From assembly GCA_041652835.1 (NCBI GenBank), contig JBAZGP010000001.1, positions 1 through 41,558 on the forward strand: a stretch of DNA of 41,558 bases, written 5' to 3'. The position numbers and the translations under genes were made by a program. The notes beneath the pieces were generated by a model, which worked only from the letters and a program-made list of their open reading frames with translations, made no database searches and was not told where the DNA came from. The stretch comes from Lutibacter sp. Lineage in GTDB: Bacteria; Bacteroidota; Bacteroidia; Flavobacteriales; Flavobacteriaceae. Positions 25,510 through 35,979 of the stretch are shown here, in pieces; the stretch's first letter is position 1, and the number at the start of each line of letters is the position of its first letter.

Positions 25510-25848
25510 ATGGATACGGTAACATTAAGCGAGTGTTTAGAAATAATTAATATAAAAGATAAGGCTGGAAAACCTTATCCATTCAATATTGATGTTTACA
25601 CGCTTAATAAAAATTCAAAGTCTGGAGGAATTTTAAAAAGATATGAAAAGGTGAAGTTGTACTCAAGAAAAAAAGGAAATAAATCTTTAGGCGCTTTAAC
25701 TATTTCAGCTTCAACAATGGAAAAATCAAAAAGAAACCCTCAGCACATTAAAAACCGCACTCGAAATATTGAATTTCCTAATGGAGATATAAAAACTATC
25801 CATATTAGGTTAATTGATAGTATTAACGGCAAAAAAATGGTTTACTAA
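25510..25848 (+). CDS. Hypothetical basic protein preceding the portal
   Basis: ORF track; RNPQH..NRTRNI...IHIRLI..ING C-terminus. Confidence 0.7.
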   Translation: MDTVTLSECLEIINIKDKAGKPYPFNIDVYTLNKNSKSGGILKRYEKVKLYSRKKGNKSLGALTISASTMEKSKRNPQHIKNRTRNIEFPNGDIKTIHIRLIDSINGKKMVY

Positions 25849-27213
25849 ATGAGAGAAAATTTTGGAGATATAGGCATTATAGGCAACGGAAAAATAAAAG
25901 CTGTTGTAAGATTAAACCGTTCGGCTACAAATAGTACTTCAAAAGTTGTTGAGCCTACAAAAGTTGTTGTGCATACCGAAAATAAAAAAGGTGCCATCGC
26001 TTCTTGGGGTACCAACAACAAACATCCGCAGGAACTTTTAGAATCAATTCGAAAAAATGCCGCTACAACTTCAGGACTAAGCGCTGTTAGCCATAACCAT
26101 TATGGCGGTGGGTTTTTATTATTTGAAGAAACGTTTGTTGATGATGGAAATGGAAATACAAAAAGACAATTAATTCAAAAATCAATTCGCCAGTTCCCTA
26201 AAATAGATGCTTTTTTCAAACTAAGCAATATGAAACGGTTTCATAAAGAAACCGTTGTGGATTTAGAATATTTTGCCATTGGATTTCCGGAATACGTTTT
26301 GTCAAACGATTATAACCTAATTAGTAAAGTAAAACGACAAAAAACAGCACATTGCCGTTTTGAGGTGATGGATGAAAAAGGGTTGATAAAAAATATTTGG
26401 ATTTCCACTAAATGGCATAAATCAGTCGAATTAGATTCTGTTTACGCTAATGATGTACGCTTTATTTCGCCCGACTGGAGCCCTGAAGAAGTTAAAGAAT
26501 ATTGTAAAAAAAATAAAATTCAAAATTTCATTCGTCCAATATTCTATGCAATGTTGGATGAAAGCTACTACCCTATTGCTACATGGCATTCCGCTTATTA
26601 CAGTAAATGGATAGACGTTGCAAACTCAATTCCTGAATTTAAAAAAGCATTGTTTGAAAATCAAATGAATATCAAATTTCATATTGAAATTGATGAAGAA
26701 TATTTTCAAAATAAATACAAAGAAACTTGGGACGATTTTTCTGATGACGAAAAAGAAAAAAAGAGACAGCTGTTTGTGCTTTTTATAGATGACAATTTAA
26801 GAGGAAATAAAAATGCCGCAACTTCTATTTGGTCAATGATCTATAAAGATGATGAAGGCAAACCAATGTCAGGTTTAAAAATCACAGCTATTGATGACAA
26901 GTTAAAAGATGGTGCCTTTTTGCCAGACGGTAAAGTGGCCGACGAACAAATATTTTTAGCCATTGGCATAGATGCAACCGTATTAAGTGCCGGAACTCCC
27001 GGTATGGGTGCCGGAAGCGGAAGCGATAAAAGAGTTGCTTGGAATATACTTTCCGCCCGGTCAAAACCAAAAAGAGAAACCACGCTCGAAGTTTTTGAAT
27101 TTATTCAGCAATATAACAACTGGCCGCCTGAATTATTGGGGGCTTTTGAAGATACCCAACTTCAAACATTAGACATTAATCCAACAGGTTCTAAAAAAGC
27201 TGCAAACGTATGA
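25849..27213 (+). CDS. Portal protein
   Basis: 454 aa after terL; WGTNNKHPQ, YYPIATW, LRGNKNA, GSGSDKRVA motifs of the kind seen in Bacteroidota phage portals. Confidence 0.8.
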   Translation: MRENFGDIGIIGNGKIKAVVRLNRSATNSTSKVVEPTKVVVHTENKKGAIASWGTNNKHPQELLESIRKNAATTSGLSAVSHNHYGGGFLLFEETFVDDGNGNTKRQLIQKSIRQFPKIDAFFKLSNMKRFHKETVVDLEYFAIGFPEYVLSNDYNLISKVKRQKTAHCRFEVMDEKGLIKNIWISTKWHKSVELDSVYANDVRFISPDWSPEEVKEYCKKNKIQNFIRPIFYAMLDESYYPIATWHSAYYSKWIDVANSIPEFKKALFENQMNIKFHIEIDEEYFQNKYKETWDDFSDDEKEKKRQLFVLFIDDNLRGNKNAATSIWSMIYKDDEGKPMSGLKITAIDDKLKDGAFLPDGKVADEQIFLAIGIDATVLSAGTPGMGAGSGSDKRVAWNILSARSKPKRETTLEVFEFIQQYNNWPPELLGAFEDTQLQTLDINPTGSKKAANV

Positions 27214-28154
27214 TAACTAAAAATATAGAGGACATAAGAAAATACGCAACTGTAAGCAGTAGTTTTACATTTCCAAAATTAGAAAATCACTTATTACGAG
27301 TTTCAGAAAATGAAATTTCCGAAACTATTTCTGAAGAGGAATATGCCAGATTAGAAGCCTATGCAGATTCAGATCTAGTTGTTTTAAAAGCAATTAAAAT
27401 AATTAAAGATGCCGAAACTAATTTAGCATTGTTCAATTATTTACAAGTTGGAGATATTCAAATAAACAGCGGTGGTGTTTCTAAAATTATTCCACAAGGT
27501 CAAGATGCTGCTCCAGATAAAGACGTTAGAGATGCAATGCGTTATCACAAAAAATGCGGGTTAAAAGCATTGGACAAACTACTTACTTTATTCGAAGAAA
27601 ACGAAGCCGAATTTGCATTATGGAAAGCTTCAAAACAATACACCAAATTTAAAAATCTCCTGGTTAATTCAACAGCCGATTTTCAGGCACATTATAATAT
27701 TTTTGAAAGTCGTCAAACATTCCTTTCATTGGTTTCAGAAATTGAAACTGTTGAATATGAATTTATAATGCCAAGCATTACAAATGCCAGTTTAACACAT
27801 TTAAAAACTACGGAAAGCGCAGACCCAATTTTTATCAACGTAAAAAAATTACTTGAAAAAGCAATTGTATTTTTTACAGTTTCCAAAACGTTAGGAAGTG
27901 GCCTATACTATCAAAGTGCCACAGGTTTCGAGTTGCGTTTCGATGTTCTGGACTATGAACGCAAATTTGGTTCAGAAAAAGAAATTTCATCACATATAAA
28001 AGCGCAAAAAAAACAAAAAGAAACCGAGGCAATACAGTTTTTAAAAATGGCAGTTGGTTTAATAAGAGCCAATCCTTTGCTTTTTGCTTATGTAGCGCCA
28101 ACCGTTGTTGAGCGAAATCCATTTATAGCAGGTAAATCAATTGTTGGATTATGA
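27210..28154 (+). CDS. Putative head-tail adaptor (DUF6712-like)
   Basis: 314 aa, helical with two similar halves, directly after the portal. Confidence 0.6.
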   Translation: MITKNIEDIRKYATVSSSFTFPKLENHLLRVSENEISETISEEEYARLEAYADSDLVVLKAIKIIKDAETNLALFNYLQVGDIQINSGGVSKIIPQGQDAAPDKDVRDAMRYHKKCGLKALDKLLTLFEENEAEFALWKASKQYTKFKNLLVNSTADFQAHYNIFESRQTFLSLVSEIETVEYEFIMPSITNASLTHLKTTESADPIFINVKKLLEKAIVFFTVSKTLGSGLYYQSATGFELRFDVLDYERKFGSEKEISSHIKAQKKQKETEAIQFLKMAVGLIRANPLLFAYVAPTVVERNPFIAGKSIVGL

Positions 28155-28259
28155 TAACAGTATACGCAAATATGGAATTAACGGTATTAAACGCGCAAAA
28201 TAATGTGTTTAATAATTTATTGCCGCATGATATTCCAATAACCTTAATTAACATTTAGT

Positions 28260-31200
28260 ATGCAATTTCCCATAAATACAGGTCCAAAAGAAGATCATCC
28301 TACACGCCTTGCAAATCTTATCGGGGTCGATCCAAAATATTACTACAAAGCTGAAGAATTAAAGCTGTATGAAAATGCTATAAATGAACTTTACAGTTTA
28401 TTAGGAACATCAAATAGTAATGAAAACAAAGTCATCGACTATACCCTTGAATGGATTCCCGGCACTTACACCTACAAAATAACCGTACGAAAATACATAT
28501 TCAACGGCGTACTGCACACAAACACCATTTACTTTGAAAGAACTTTAGGCGCATCCGACCTTGTTTACAACCGTTTCGACAGTTTTCTAATTGATGCAAA
28601 CGAACAAATAATTGTATGGCCGGGCGATGCTGTAGAATTTCCTTACCCAAAAGAGTTTGATCTAGATACCTATGTATTAATAAATTTTGTACGTGTTGAT
28701 GCCAATACAACAGCACCAACAGGACATAGTGAGATTTTGGTATTTAATGAAGGTACTGGTGCTCCTGGAGAATGGGCCATCAACTATTTAAGCGGAACCT
28801 TAAGCACCGAGCATCCTAGCCTTGACTTAAAATCTATAAAACTCGTAAACAAACAAGCTGTTCTGGCCACTTCACCAGTTCCGTATGAAGGCCGTTTTTT
28901 AAAAGATTTATTAATTGATGTTACTTGCTACACGGCAGCCGCAAATAACCGCTTGCGCTTTTCTTTTTGGATTGCCGATACTATGCGCGTGGGTGAAGTT
29001 TACGTAACGCATGGCACTTTTAATTTCGATGCCTTTTTAGTGGGCGTGCCACAAACCATTGTAATACCGGGAAGTGCCTTTGTAAATGGCGGCACTTGGG
29101 GCAATTTTCAATATAATAGCCTTTGGATGAATAATGATAAAACGGGCACTATCGTTTATTTAGATAATGTACGCATACAACAAACCGATAGCGAGCAGGT
29201 TTCCGGGACAAACCATACCCACAAAGAACTTGCTTTTTTAGAATCATTAAACCAAGCTAAGTTTGATGCAAAAGTAGGATTCACAGCAGCAGGCGTTTTA
29301 GCCACAGTTTTAACAGGCATATCATTTGTAACAGGAACGGCAATAGTTGCAACCGATAGTATTTTGGTTGCGTTTGGAAAACTGCAAAAACAGATAACTG
29401 ATATTTTAACGGCATTAAACAGCAAACAACCTATTTTAGTAAGTGGCACAAACATAAAAACAATAAATAGCACAAGTCTTTTAGGAAGTGGTGATATTGC
29501 AATTACCAATTCGCCTTATAGTGTTAGCCAAACGCCTGACAATGGTACTTATGGTTTATTAGCGGGTACTGTTAACGGAACTAATACAGTTTTTACAACT
29601 GACAAAGGTATTTATATAGCAGGTTCATTGGTTGTTTATTTAGACGGTCAATTAATGACACAAGGAGGTTTAAACGATTATACAGAAACAAATCCAAGCA
29701 TAGGAACATTTACTTTTGTAACAGCTCCACCAAGTGGTAGTATAATTACAGCAATGTATAATGATGGTGAAGCTATCATTACAGACTTGTCTATTTATAA
29801 ATTGAAAACGGACAACGTAAAGATTGAACCTTGGACTGCAAAAACTTATCTTTTAAACGACCAAGTAAACCATTTAGGAAAAGATTGGTACGCAAATGCC
29901 GCAACTCTTTCAACTGATGTTCCTGGTACTTCTACAAAGTGGGTTAATAGGCTTAGTGGTATGGCAAACGGCATTGTTGCAAGTGGTAATGTTGATGCTG
30001 TTAAAGGTGGTGATATATTTGATGCCTTTAAGAGTTTAACAACTAAACAAGGTTATTTACAATCTTCAAAAATTAGTTCTATTGATTTTGATTTTATAAG
30101 TAATAGGGTTGTTTTATCGGATGGTTGTTATATATTATTACCAAACAGTGCAACATACCCATTTATAGATTCTGTAAGTATTGATTTTACAAATATAGCA
30201 AATTACCTTATTTATAATATTGTTTCTAATTTATTAGAAGTGCACCCAATAACAGAGGTGAGTTCAGCGTCAATTATAAATGATAGCGATGTGGTTATTG
30301 TTGGAACATTTTTTAAATCAGAGGGAAGCGTTAATTTAAACGGTTCATATTTTACTGTTAATGGAAAAGAATTAAATATAAATATGAAAAAAACAGGATA
30401 TTTACAGACTTCAAAAGATACCAACATAATAAATTTTGATTTTGTAAATAGTAAAATAATAATACCTAATAATACTTATATTTTATTACCTGATAGTGGT
30501 ACGTATTCTATTATATCGGCAATAACGCTTAGCATAGGTACGGTTGCAGCATATTTATTTTATGATATAAGTACAAATACAATATTTACATCAACTGTTG
30601 TGGACGTAAATTTACCAACTTATTTAGACGATAAAGATAATATTATTTTAGGCACTTATTTTCCTACGGAAAAAAATGTAAATCTTAATGGTTCGTATTT
30701 TCAAATGAATGGTTTTGATTATGGTATTGATACTACCCCATTCACTTTTGTAGATACGGTACAAAGATTAATATTACCTCCTGAAATGTATTTTATAGAC
30801 AATGAGGAATTGCCGCTTTATAAAAAAAGCATCTTAATGGAAGATGATATTTATAAAATAAACGAATTACAAACAGTTGTAAAATCAAATATAAATTCAG
30901 CAAACAGATATAATGGTTTTAATTATAATACAACGCTTAAACCTGAAAATTTAGGTTCTCTTTTCAATATTGGAATTAGTCAATCTAAAAATGCTGATTA
31001 TAACTACTATGCAAACATTATAAAAAACACTATGCCCGCTTCTAATTTAATAGGCAAAGCGATAAAGGTTTTAAGTATTGGAGATAGTTTAACTGCTGGC
31101 GGTATTCCTAAAAAATTAAATGATGCTTTAACAAGTGCGGGTGCAACCGTTACAAGTATTGGTAGTTTTGCTGATGTTTTAGGCACTTATGGAGAAGGAA

Positions 31201-31967
31201 AAGGTGGATGGTGTTTTAGAATGGCGGTTGGCAAATCTAACCTTAGGTCAGGAGTTGCAATACCAATAACAATGCCATTAAATTCAAGTTTAAGCGGTTC
31301 TGGTGATAACCCTTTTTTAAAATTAGCCGACGCTTCGGATAAAACAAATCACCCTACTTGGTGCTTTAGAAATACAGGAGCATTATTAGAATTATCATAC
31401 CAAGACGACACAGATAAAACAGGTGATTTTTACATCTATGATTTTGGATGGTACATTACTAATAGAGGTATAACCGTACCTGATATTGTTACCATTGGTT
31501 ATAGTACTAACGATATTGGTTTGGATGGTTTGTCACAATCTGCGTGGTTAGAATGGGCGAGGCTTGGAATGGAGATTATGATTAGCCAAATAAAAACAGC
31601 CTATCCAACTATGATAATAGGCGTTGTACCAAATCCGTTTTGGTCAAGTTCAGTAAGTGGAAGCAAAAGGACTATAACAGACGGTTCTGTATGGATTGAA
31701 AATTGTATGACTGATATTATAACCTATCAAGCGACTTATACAGATATTCATATTATACCTGTTTGGTGTCATTTAAACAGGGATTGGAATTGGCAATATC
31801 TAACAGGCGGTTATGCAAATACCGTTACAGATATATCAGCAACAAACCAAACTAAAAAAATAACAAGAGGTGAGTTTATACACTTCAATTCAGATGGTTA
31901 TGAGGAATATATTAACGTTATGAAGGCTTGGTTTTGCAATATTATTAAAAATTATGATAACATTTAA
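28260..31967 (+). CDS. Tail fibre/spike with C-terminal SGNH/GDSL hydrolase
   Basis: KQPILVSGTNIKTIN fibre motif, CBM5/12-like W-rich segment, IGDSLT, STND, IHFNSDGY. Confidence 0.8.
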   Translation: MQFPINTGPKEDHPTRLANLIGVDPKYYYKAEELKLYENAINELYSLLGTSNSNENKVIDYTLEWIPGTYTYKITVRKYIFNGVLHTNTIYFERTLGASDLVYNRFDSFLIDANEQIIVWPGDAVEFPYPKEFDLDTYVLINFVRVDANTTAPTGHSEILVFNEGTGAPGEWAINYLSGTLSTEHPSLDLKSIKLVNKQAVLATSPVPYEGRFLKDLLIDVTCYTAAANNRLRFSFWIADTMRVGEVYVTHGTFNFDAFLVGVPQTIVIPGSAFVNGGTWGNFQYNSLWMNNDKTGTIVYLDNVRIQQTDSEQVSGTNHTHKELAFLESLNQAKFDAKVGFTAAGVLATVLTGISFVTGTAIVATDSILVAFGKLQKQITDILTALNSKQPILVSGTNIKTINSTSLLGSGDIAITNSPYSVSQTPDNGTYGLLAGTVNGTNTVFTTDKGIYIAGSLVVYLDGQLMTQGGLNDYTETNPSIGTFTFVTAPPSGSIITAMYNDGEAIITDLSIYKLKTDNVKIEPWTAKTYLLNDQVNHLGKDWYANAATLSTDVPGTSTKWVNRLSGMANGIVASGNVDAVKGGDIFDAFKSLTTKQGYLQSSKISSIDFDFISNRVVLSDGCYILLPNSATYPFIDSVSIDFTNIANYLIYNIVSNLLEVHPITEVSSASIINDSDVVIVGTFFKSEGSVNLNGSYFTVNGKELNINMKKTGYLQTSKDTNIINFDFVNSKIIIPNNTYILLPDSGTYSIISAITLSIGTVAAYLFYDISTNTIFTSTVVDVNLPTYLDDKDNIILGTYFPTEKNVNLNGSYFQMNGFDYGIDTTPFTFVDTVQRLILPPEMYFIDNEELPLYKKSILMEDDIYKINELQTVVKSNINSANRYNGFNYNTTLKPENLGSLFNIGISQSKNADYNYYANIIKNTMPASNLIGKAIKVLSIGDSLTAGGIPKKLNDALTSAGATVTSIGSFADVLGTYGEGKGGWCFRMAVGKSNLRSGVAIPITMPLNSSLSGSGDNPFLKLADASDKTNHPTWCFRNTGALLELSYQDDTDKTGDFYIYDFGWYITNRGITVPDIVTIGYSTNDIGLDGLSQSAWLEWARLGMEIMISQIKTAYPTMIIGVVPNPFWSSSVSGSKRTITDGSVWIENCMTDIITYQATYTDIHIIPVWCHLNRDWNWQYLTGGYANTVTDISATNQTKKITRGEFIHFNSDGYEEYINVMKAWFCNIIKNYDNI

Positions 31968-32127
31968 GAGAACTTAAAAATTATACTAAATCCGCTACAG
32001 GAAAGAATTCAGAGCATAGATAAATAAAGTCAAATCACAAAACCACAACGGAATGAAAATCATAAAATCACTGTTCTTTAGCATAATCTACATAGCCGAT
32101 AGCATTAAAAATCTTTAACATAAAATT

Positions 32128-32538
32128 ATGAAATATGTAAAACAAATAGGAGTAAACATATTGTTAATAACAATAACAATATGTTTATTTCCTTTTCTCT
32201 TTATATGGGGAGTAATAGAAATGATACTTAATCTTTTTATAGGTAAACGATTTTTTAAAGCTCTTGCTAATTTTAGTGATGTATTTAAAGTGATAGGTAT
32301 TGTAGCTGATATTTTTATAAATTATATACTACAAGTGCCTTTAAATAGATTACTAATTACACCTGATGGTTATAAATTTGGTCAAATGCCAGACACAATG
32401 AGTTATGCTTTAGGACGTAATGAACTCAATAAAACAACTTTATCAAAAGGCGATAAACTAATTGCAATTTTAAACCTTACTGAAAGCAATCACAGCATAA
32501 AAACTGTTAAACAAAGGGATGAAAATATACATAAATAA
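32128..32538 (+). CDS. Membrane protein at the start of the lysis module
   Basis: N-terminal TM helices; FGQMPDTMSYALGRN. Confidence 0.65.
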   Translation: MKYVKQIGVNILLITITICLFPFLFIWGVIEMILNLFIGKRFFKALANFSDVFKVIGIVADIFINYILQVPLNRLLITPDGYKFGQMPDTMSYALGRNELNKTTLSKGDKLIAILNLTESNHSIKTVKQRDENIHK

Positions 32539-32550
32539 AAGCATTAAGAT

Positions 32551-32733
32551 ATGAAAAACTTCATTATTAAAAATTGGAAAACCACAGCAAGCGGCTTATT
32601 GATATTTGTCATTTTAGGCGTGTATTTGTTAAATAAAATAACTATTGAGCAGTTTATGACAGCAACATCATTTTTAGTTAGTGTTGGTTTTATTGCCTCA
32701 AAAGATAGTGATAAAACAGGAATTAATAAATAA
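32551..32733 (+). CDS. Putative holin
   Basis: 60 aa, two TM segments, KNWKTT...ASKD pattern. Confidence 0.7.
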   Translation: MKNFIIKNWKTTASGLLIFVILGVYLLNKITIEQFMTATSFLVSVGFIASKDSDKTGINK

Positions 32734-32737
32734 AGCT

Positions 32738-33034
32738 ATGAACGCAGACGAAATAACCCGGTTTAATAAAATGGAAAAAACAGTTGAAAGCATCCAAACT
32801 GATGTTTCTGAAATAAAACTTGCCTTATTGGGAAATCCTTTAAGTGGCGATAATGGCTTAACAGGTCGTATCACAATGCTATCGGCGCAATTGACAATTT
32901 TAGAAAGTCAGGTTAAAATACTGCAAGAAGAAAAAACAAAAAATACTGTTTATGTGAAATTAATAAACTGGTTGTTAGCCACAATTGCCGCTGCTTTTAT
33001 TATGTGGATTTTCACAATGTTAAAAAATAGTTAG
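32738..33034 (+). CDS. Coiled-coil protein with C-terminal TM (holin/antiholin-like); start revised to MNADEI
   Basis: The ATG follows the holin stop; single C-terminal TM. Confidence 0.6.
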   Translation: MNADEITRFNKMEKTVESIQTDVSEIKLALLGNPLSGDNGLTGRITMLSAQLTILESQVKILQEEKTKNTVYVKLINWLLATIAAAFIMWIFTMLKNS

Positions 33035-33036
33035 AA

Positions 33037-33477
33037 ATGAACAAACCAATCATTAAAATTCATCGCATTAACCAGGACAAAAACCAAACGTTTGGAACTT
33101 GTACTGTTTTGGACCATAATAATAAATTGGTTTTTACTTCTTTGGCCTTGGAACGTGGCTGGCGCAACAATGAAAACCGAGTGAGTTGTTATCCTGCCGG
33201 AGTTTATACGGTAAAATTAGAAATGTCGGCTCGGTTTAAAAAGAAACTTTGGGAAGTAAAAGATGTTGCGGGAAGAAGCGAATGTAAATTCCACGCCGCC
33301 AATTATTGGAAACAACTGGAAGGTTGCACAGCATTGGGTTTACGTGTGCGCGATTTAAACAATGACAATGATGATGATGTTACCAACAGCGGTGATACTA
33401 TGGATGAATTTCATTTGGCATTATCTGCATATACCGAAGCCGTTTTAATTGTTACAACCGAACCAAACGTAAAATAA
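33037..33477 (+). CDS. Putative endolysin (DUF5675, L,D-transpeptidase-like)
   Basis: LERGWRNN..SCYPAGVY...FHAANYWKQLEGC; lies between holin and spanin. Confidence 0.8.
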   Translation: MNKPIIKIHRINQDKNQTFGTCTVLDHNNKLVFTSLALERGWRNNENRVSCYPAGVYTVKLEMSARFKKKLWEVKDVAGRSECKFHAANYWKQLEGCTALGLRVRDLNNDNDDDVTNSGDTMDEFHLALSAYTEAVLIVTTEPNVK

Positions 33478-33498
33478 TTAACTTATAAGTGAATTAAT

Positions 33499-34122
33499 AT
33501 GAATTTCATCAACGATTTCAGCAAAGCAGATAAAATACTATTTAAAGCTGCAATATTGGCAATTTTACTATTTGCAATTTTCTCGTTGTCTTCCTGCGGA
33601 AGCAAAAAAAAGCAATTGGAAAAAACAAAGTCAGAAATTGAAATAAAACGCAAATTGGATAGTGTCAACACTTCCAAAGTTTTCACCGAAAAAAAGAAAG
33701 TTGAAGAAGCTACAGCCAACGAAACCGAAAAAGAAGAAATTATAGAATACAACGGCAAAAAAGGCGATAGCCTAAAAGTCATCAAAATAGGTGAAAACGG
33801 CAAAATACTTTCAGGCACCATTTATACCGGTACCGGCAAAGCCAAAATAAATAACAAAGAAAAAACTGCCCAAACTAAAAACACCAACAGCGAAGCTTCA
33901 AAAAAAACAGCGGACAGTAATGTGTCCGTAAATTTGGATGAAACCAAAAAAGAAACTGCAAAAATTCTAAAAAAAGACAACAAAACAACCGGACCATCAT
34001 TTTCATTCTATGTGTGGCTAACTGCGATAATTGCAGCTATTGCCGGAGGTTGGTATCTAAACAGAAAATTTAAAATTTTTCTACGCATTAAAAATGTAAT
34101 TGCAAAACTTCGCCAAAAATGA
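33499..34122 (+). CDS. Putative unimolecular spanin
   Basis: Lipobox LSSC after a hydrophobic signal, plus a C-terminal TM and basic tail; follows the endolysin. Confidence 0.7.
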   Translation: MNFINDFSKADKILFKAAILAILLFAIFSLSSCGSKKKQLEKTKSEIEIKRKLDSVNTSKVFTEKKKVEEATANETEKEEIIEYNGKKGDSLKVIKIGENGKILSGTIYTGTGKAKINNKEKTAQTKNTNSEASKKTADSNVSVNLDETKKETAKILKKDNKTTGPSFSFYVWLTAIIAAIAGGWYLNRKFKIFLRIKNVIAKLRQK

Positions 34123-34925
34123 AACTAAAATTTAACATCCCAATTAACTGGAATAGGTTAACCGATCATCAGCTGTTAAAAGTGGCTACTTTATTTTTTT
34201 CGCCAAAAGAAGCCTTTTTGTTCGATTTTACGCTGTTAAAAATTATGGCCAACCACAAATGGTACAAGCCATGGTTAATTGGTAAAATTATACTCCTGTT
34301 TAAAAATGTGCCTATCAAAACCATTAAAGAACACTATGGTTTTATTTATAAAGAGCAAAATTTAACCAGGTTTATTCCTTCAGTAAAAATTAAAACGAAA
34401 TGGTATAAAAAAGCCATTAAATATTATGCGCCTGCCGATAGGTTAACCAATTTAAGTATTGGGGAATTTTCGCTTTGTGAAGATTTGTACCTTGGTTATT
34501 TGCGTAATTGTAAAAATACTGATGCAAACTACGGCTATAGCTATTTAATTTACTTATTTGCAGTTTTGTACATTGAAAAAGGATTATCAAAACGCCCGAA
34601 ATTTCAAAAAGAAAATTTAGGAAATTATGTAGCTGCTATTAAAAATGTTCCTAAAAAATATGTGTATGCCTGCCTTTTAAGCTATAAAGGATGTAGGGAT
34701 GCCGTTACAACAAACCCAAAATACAAACATATTTTCCCAAATAAAAAAGCCGATCCAAATACCGTTTTAAAAATTCCTGCTTCAAGTGGTTTTTCTGATA
34801 TTATTTTAAGCTTTTCGGGCAAACTTTTTGGAGATTATGACAAAACATTTACAACCAATTTATATACCTTTTTAGATGGCTATGAAATTGCATTAAAAAA
34901 TATTCCTAAAGAAAACACAAAATGA
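34119..34925 (+). CDS. Hypothetical tail-assembly-region protein
   Basis: IPINWNRLT start; position upstream of the TMP region. Confidence 0.55.
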   Translation: MKLKFNIPINWNRLTDHQLLKVATLFFSPKEAFLFDFTLLKIMANHKWYKPWLIGKIILLFKNVPIKTIKEHYGFIYKEQNLTRFIPSVKIKTKWYKKAIKYYAPADRLTNLSIGEFSLCEDLYLGYLRNCKNTDANYGYSYLIYLFAVLYIEKGLSKRPKFQKENLGNYVAAIKNVPKKYVYACLLSYKGCRDAVTTNPKYKHIFPNKKADPNTVLKIPASSGFSDIILSFSGKLFGDYDKTFTTNLYTFLDGYEIALKNIPKENTK

Positions 34926-35434
34926 CACAGCTAACCTTCAATGATGTTATCAATAAATTAAAAGAATTGGGAGATTCTCATGTTGATGTAAAAACAAATT
35001 ACCGATGGAACCTTAAAGAGTTCGACGGCAATGTAAGGGATAACACCGTTTTTACTTTAATGACCTATGAAAGCCCTCAATTGGTGCCCAGCAACACTGA
35101 AAGTAATTTATTGCTAAATTATATGTGTGCTTTCAATATTTTAGGAATGGAAGGTGTAGATACTTCAGATGTAACCGATGAAGCTGCACAAAATTTAGTA
35201 TTAAACCATTGCTTAAACATTGCCATTGAAATAGCACGAAAAATTATTGAGTTTTCGGCAATACCATTTCTGGCAAATAATGTAAAAAACGACTGGTATT
35301 CTATTTTAAACAAACTTTCATTTTCATTCACAAAAATTGGCCCGGTAACAACCGGCTATTTATATGGCTATAGATGTGAGTTTACGCTAAATCCTAAATT
35401 CATTTTAGAGGTTGACCCAGCAAAATGGGAATAA
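34922..35434 (+). CDS. Putative tail terminator/completion protein
   Basis: 170 aa, ends GYRCEFTL; position. Confidence 0.5.
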   Translation: MTQLTFNDVINKLKELGDSHVDVKTNYRWNLKEFDGNVRDNTVFTLMTYESPQLVPSNTESNLLLNYMCAFNILGMEGVDTSDVTDEAAQNLVLNHCLNIAIEIARKIIEFSAIPFLANNVKNDWYSILNKLSFSFTKIGPVTTGYLYGYRCEFTLNPKFILEVDPAKWE

Positions 35435-35660
35435 ACTAAAAATGTTGCTGTTATGCCGGTTCAATTAAAGCTGCAACCCAATTATTTAGAAATTTACGAT
35501 TCACAATTTTTACATAATTATGCAAACAATTACAAGCTAAACAGCACTGCTAAAATTCATTTTTACCAGAGTTACCCCTATAAGCAACCCATACCCTTTC
35601 TCTATACATAGTGCCATTACTTGGATTTAAAAAACCACTCGATTGAGTGGTTTTTGTTGT

Positions 35661-35876
35661 TTAGTTCATTTTAATTTCTTGAATAATATAATCTAAAATT
35701 TTGATGGGTTTGGACTTATCTAACCTTGTTATTGTCCAATAAGAAGGAAACTTAGGCTCTATTAATTTAATTTCTTCACAAAGTTGCTTAAGGTTTGTAA
35801 ATAACCCTAAAGTGATGTTATCCTTATTAATAACGTAGTATTTCTTCTTTTTTAATTGCTCTTTATATGTAACCAT
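35661..35876 (-). CDS. 71-aa basic protein (module copy 2)
   Basis: Paralog of 19114..19329; start set at MVTYKE. Confidence 0.8.
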   Translation of the reverse strand: MVTYKEQLKKKKYYVINKDNITLGLFTNLKQLCEEIKLIEPKFPSYWTITRLDKSKPIKILDYIIQEIKMN

Positions 35877-35979
35877 ATCGCAAATATACATATATATTCG
35901 AAAATAAACGTATATTTATTTGTTTTATAAAAATATTCGAGTATCTTTGTAAAATATTAATATAAAATAACATAATATT

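Noticed and set aside
34119-35434. Programmed frameshift tail-chaperone pair
   Set aside because: The genes are joined by an ordinary ATGA overlap with their own starts; no convincing slippery-site arrangement seen
35453-35611. 52-aa ORF MPVQLKLQ...
   Set aside because: Weak start context and no paralog in module copy 1; cannot be supported from the sequence alone
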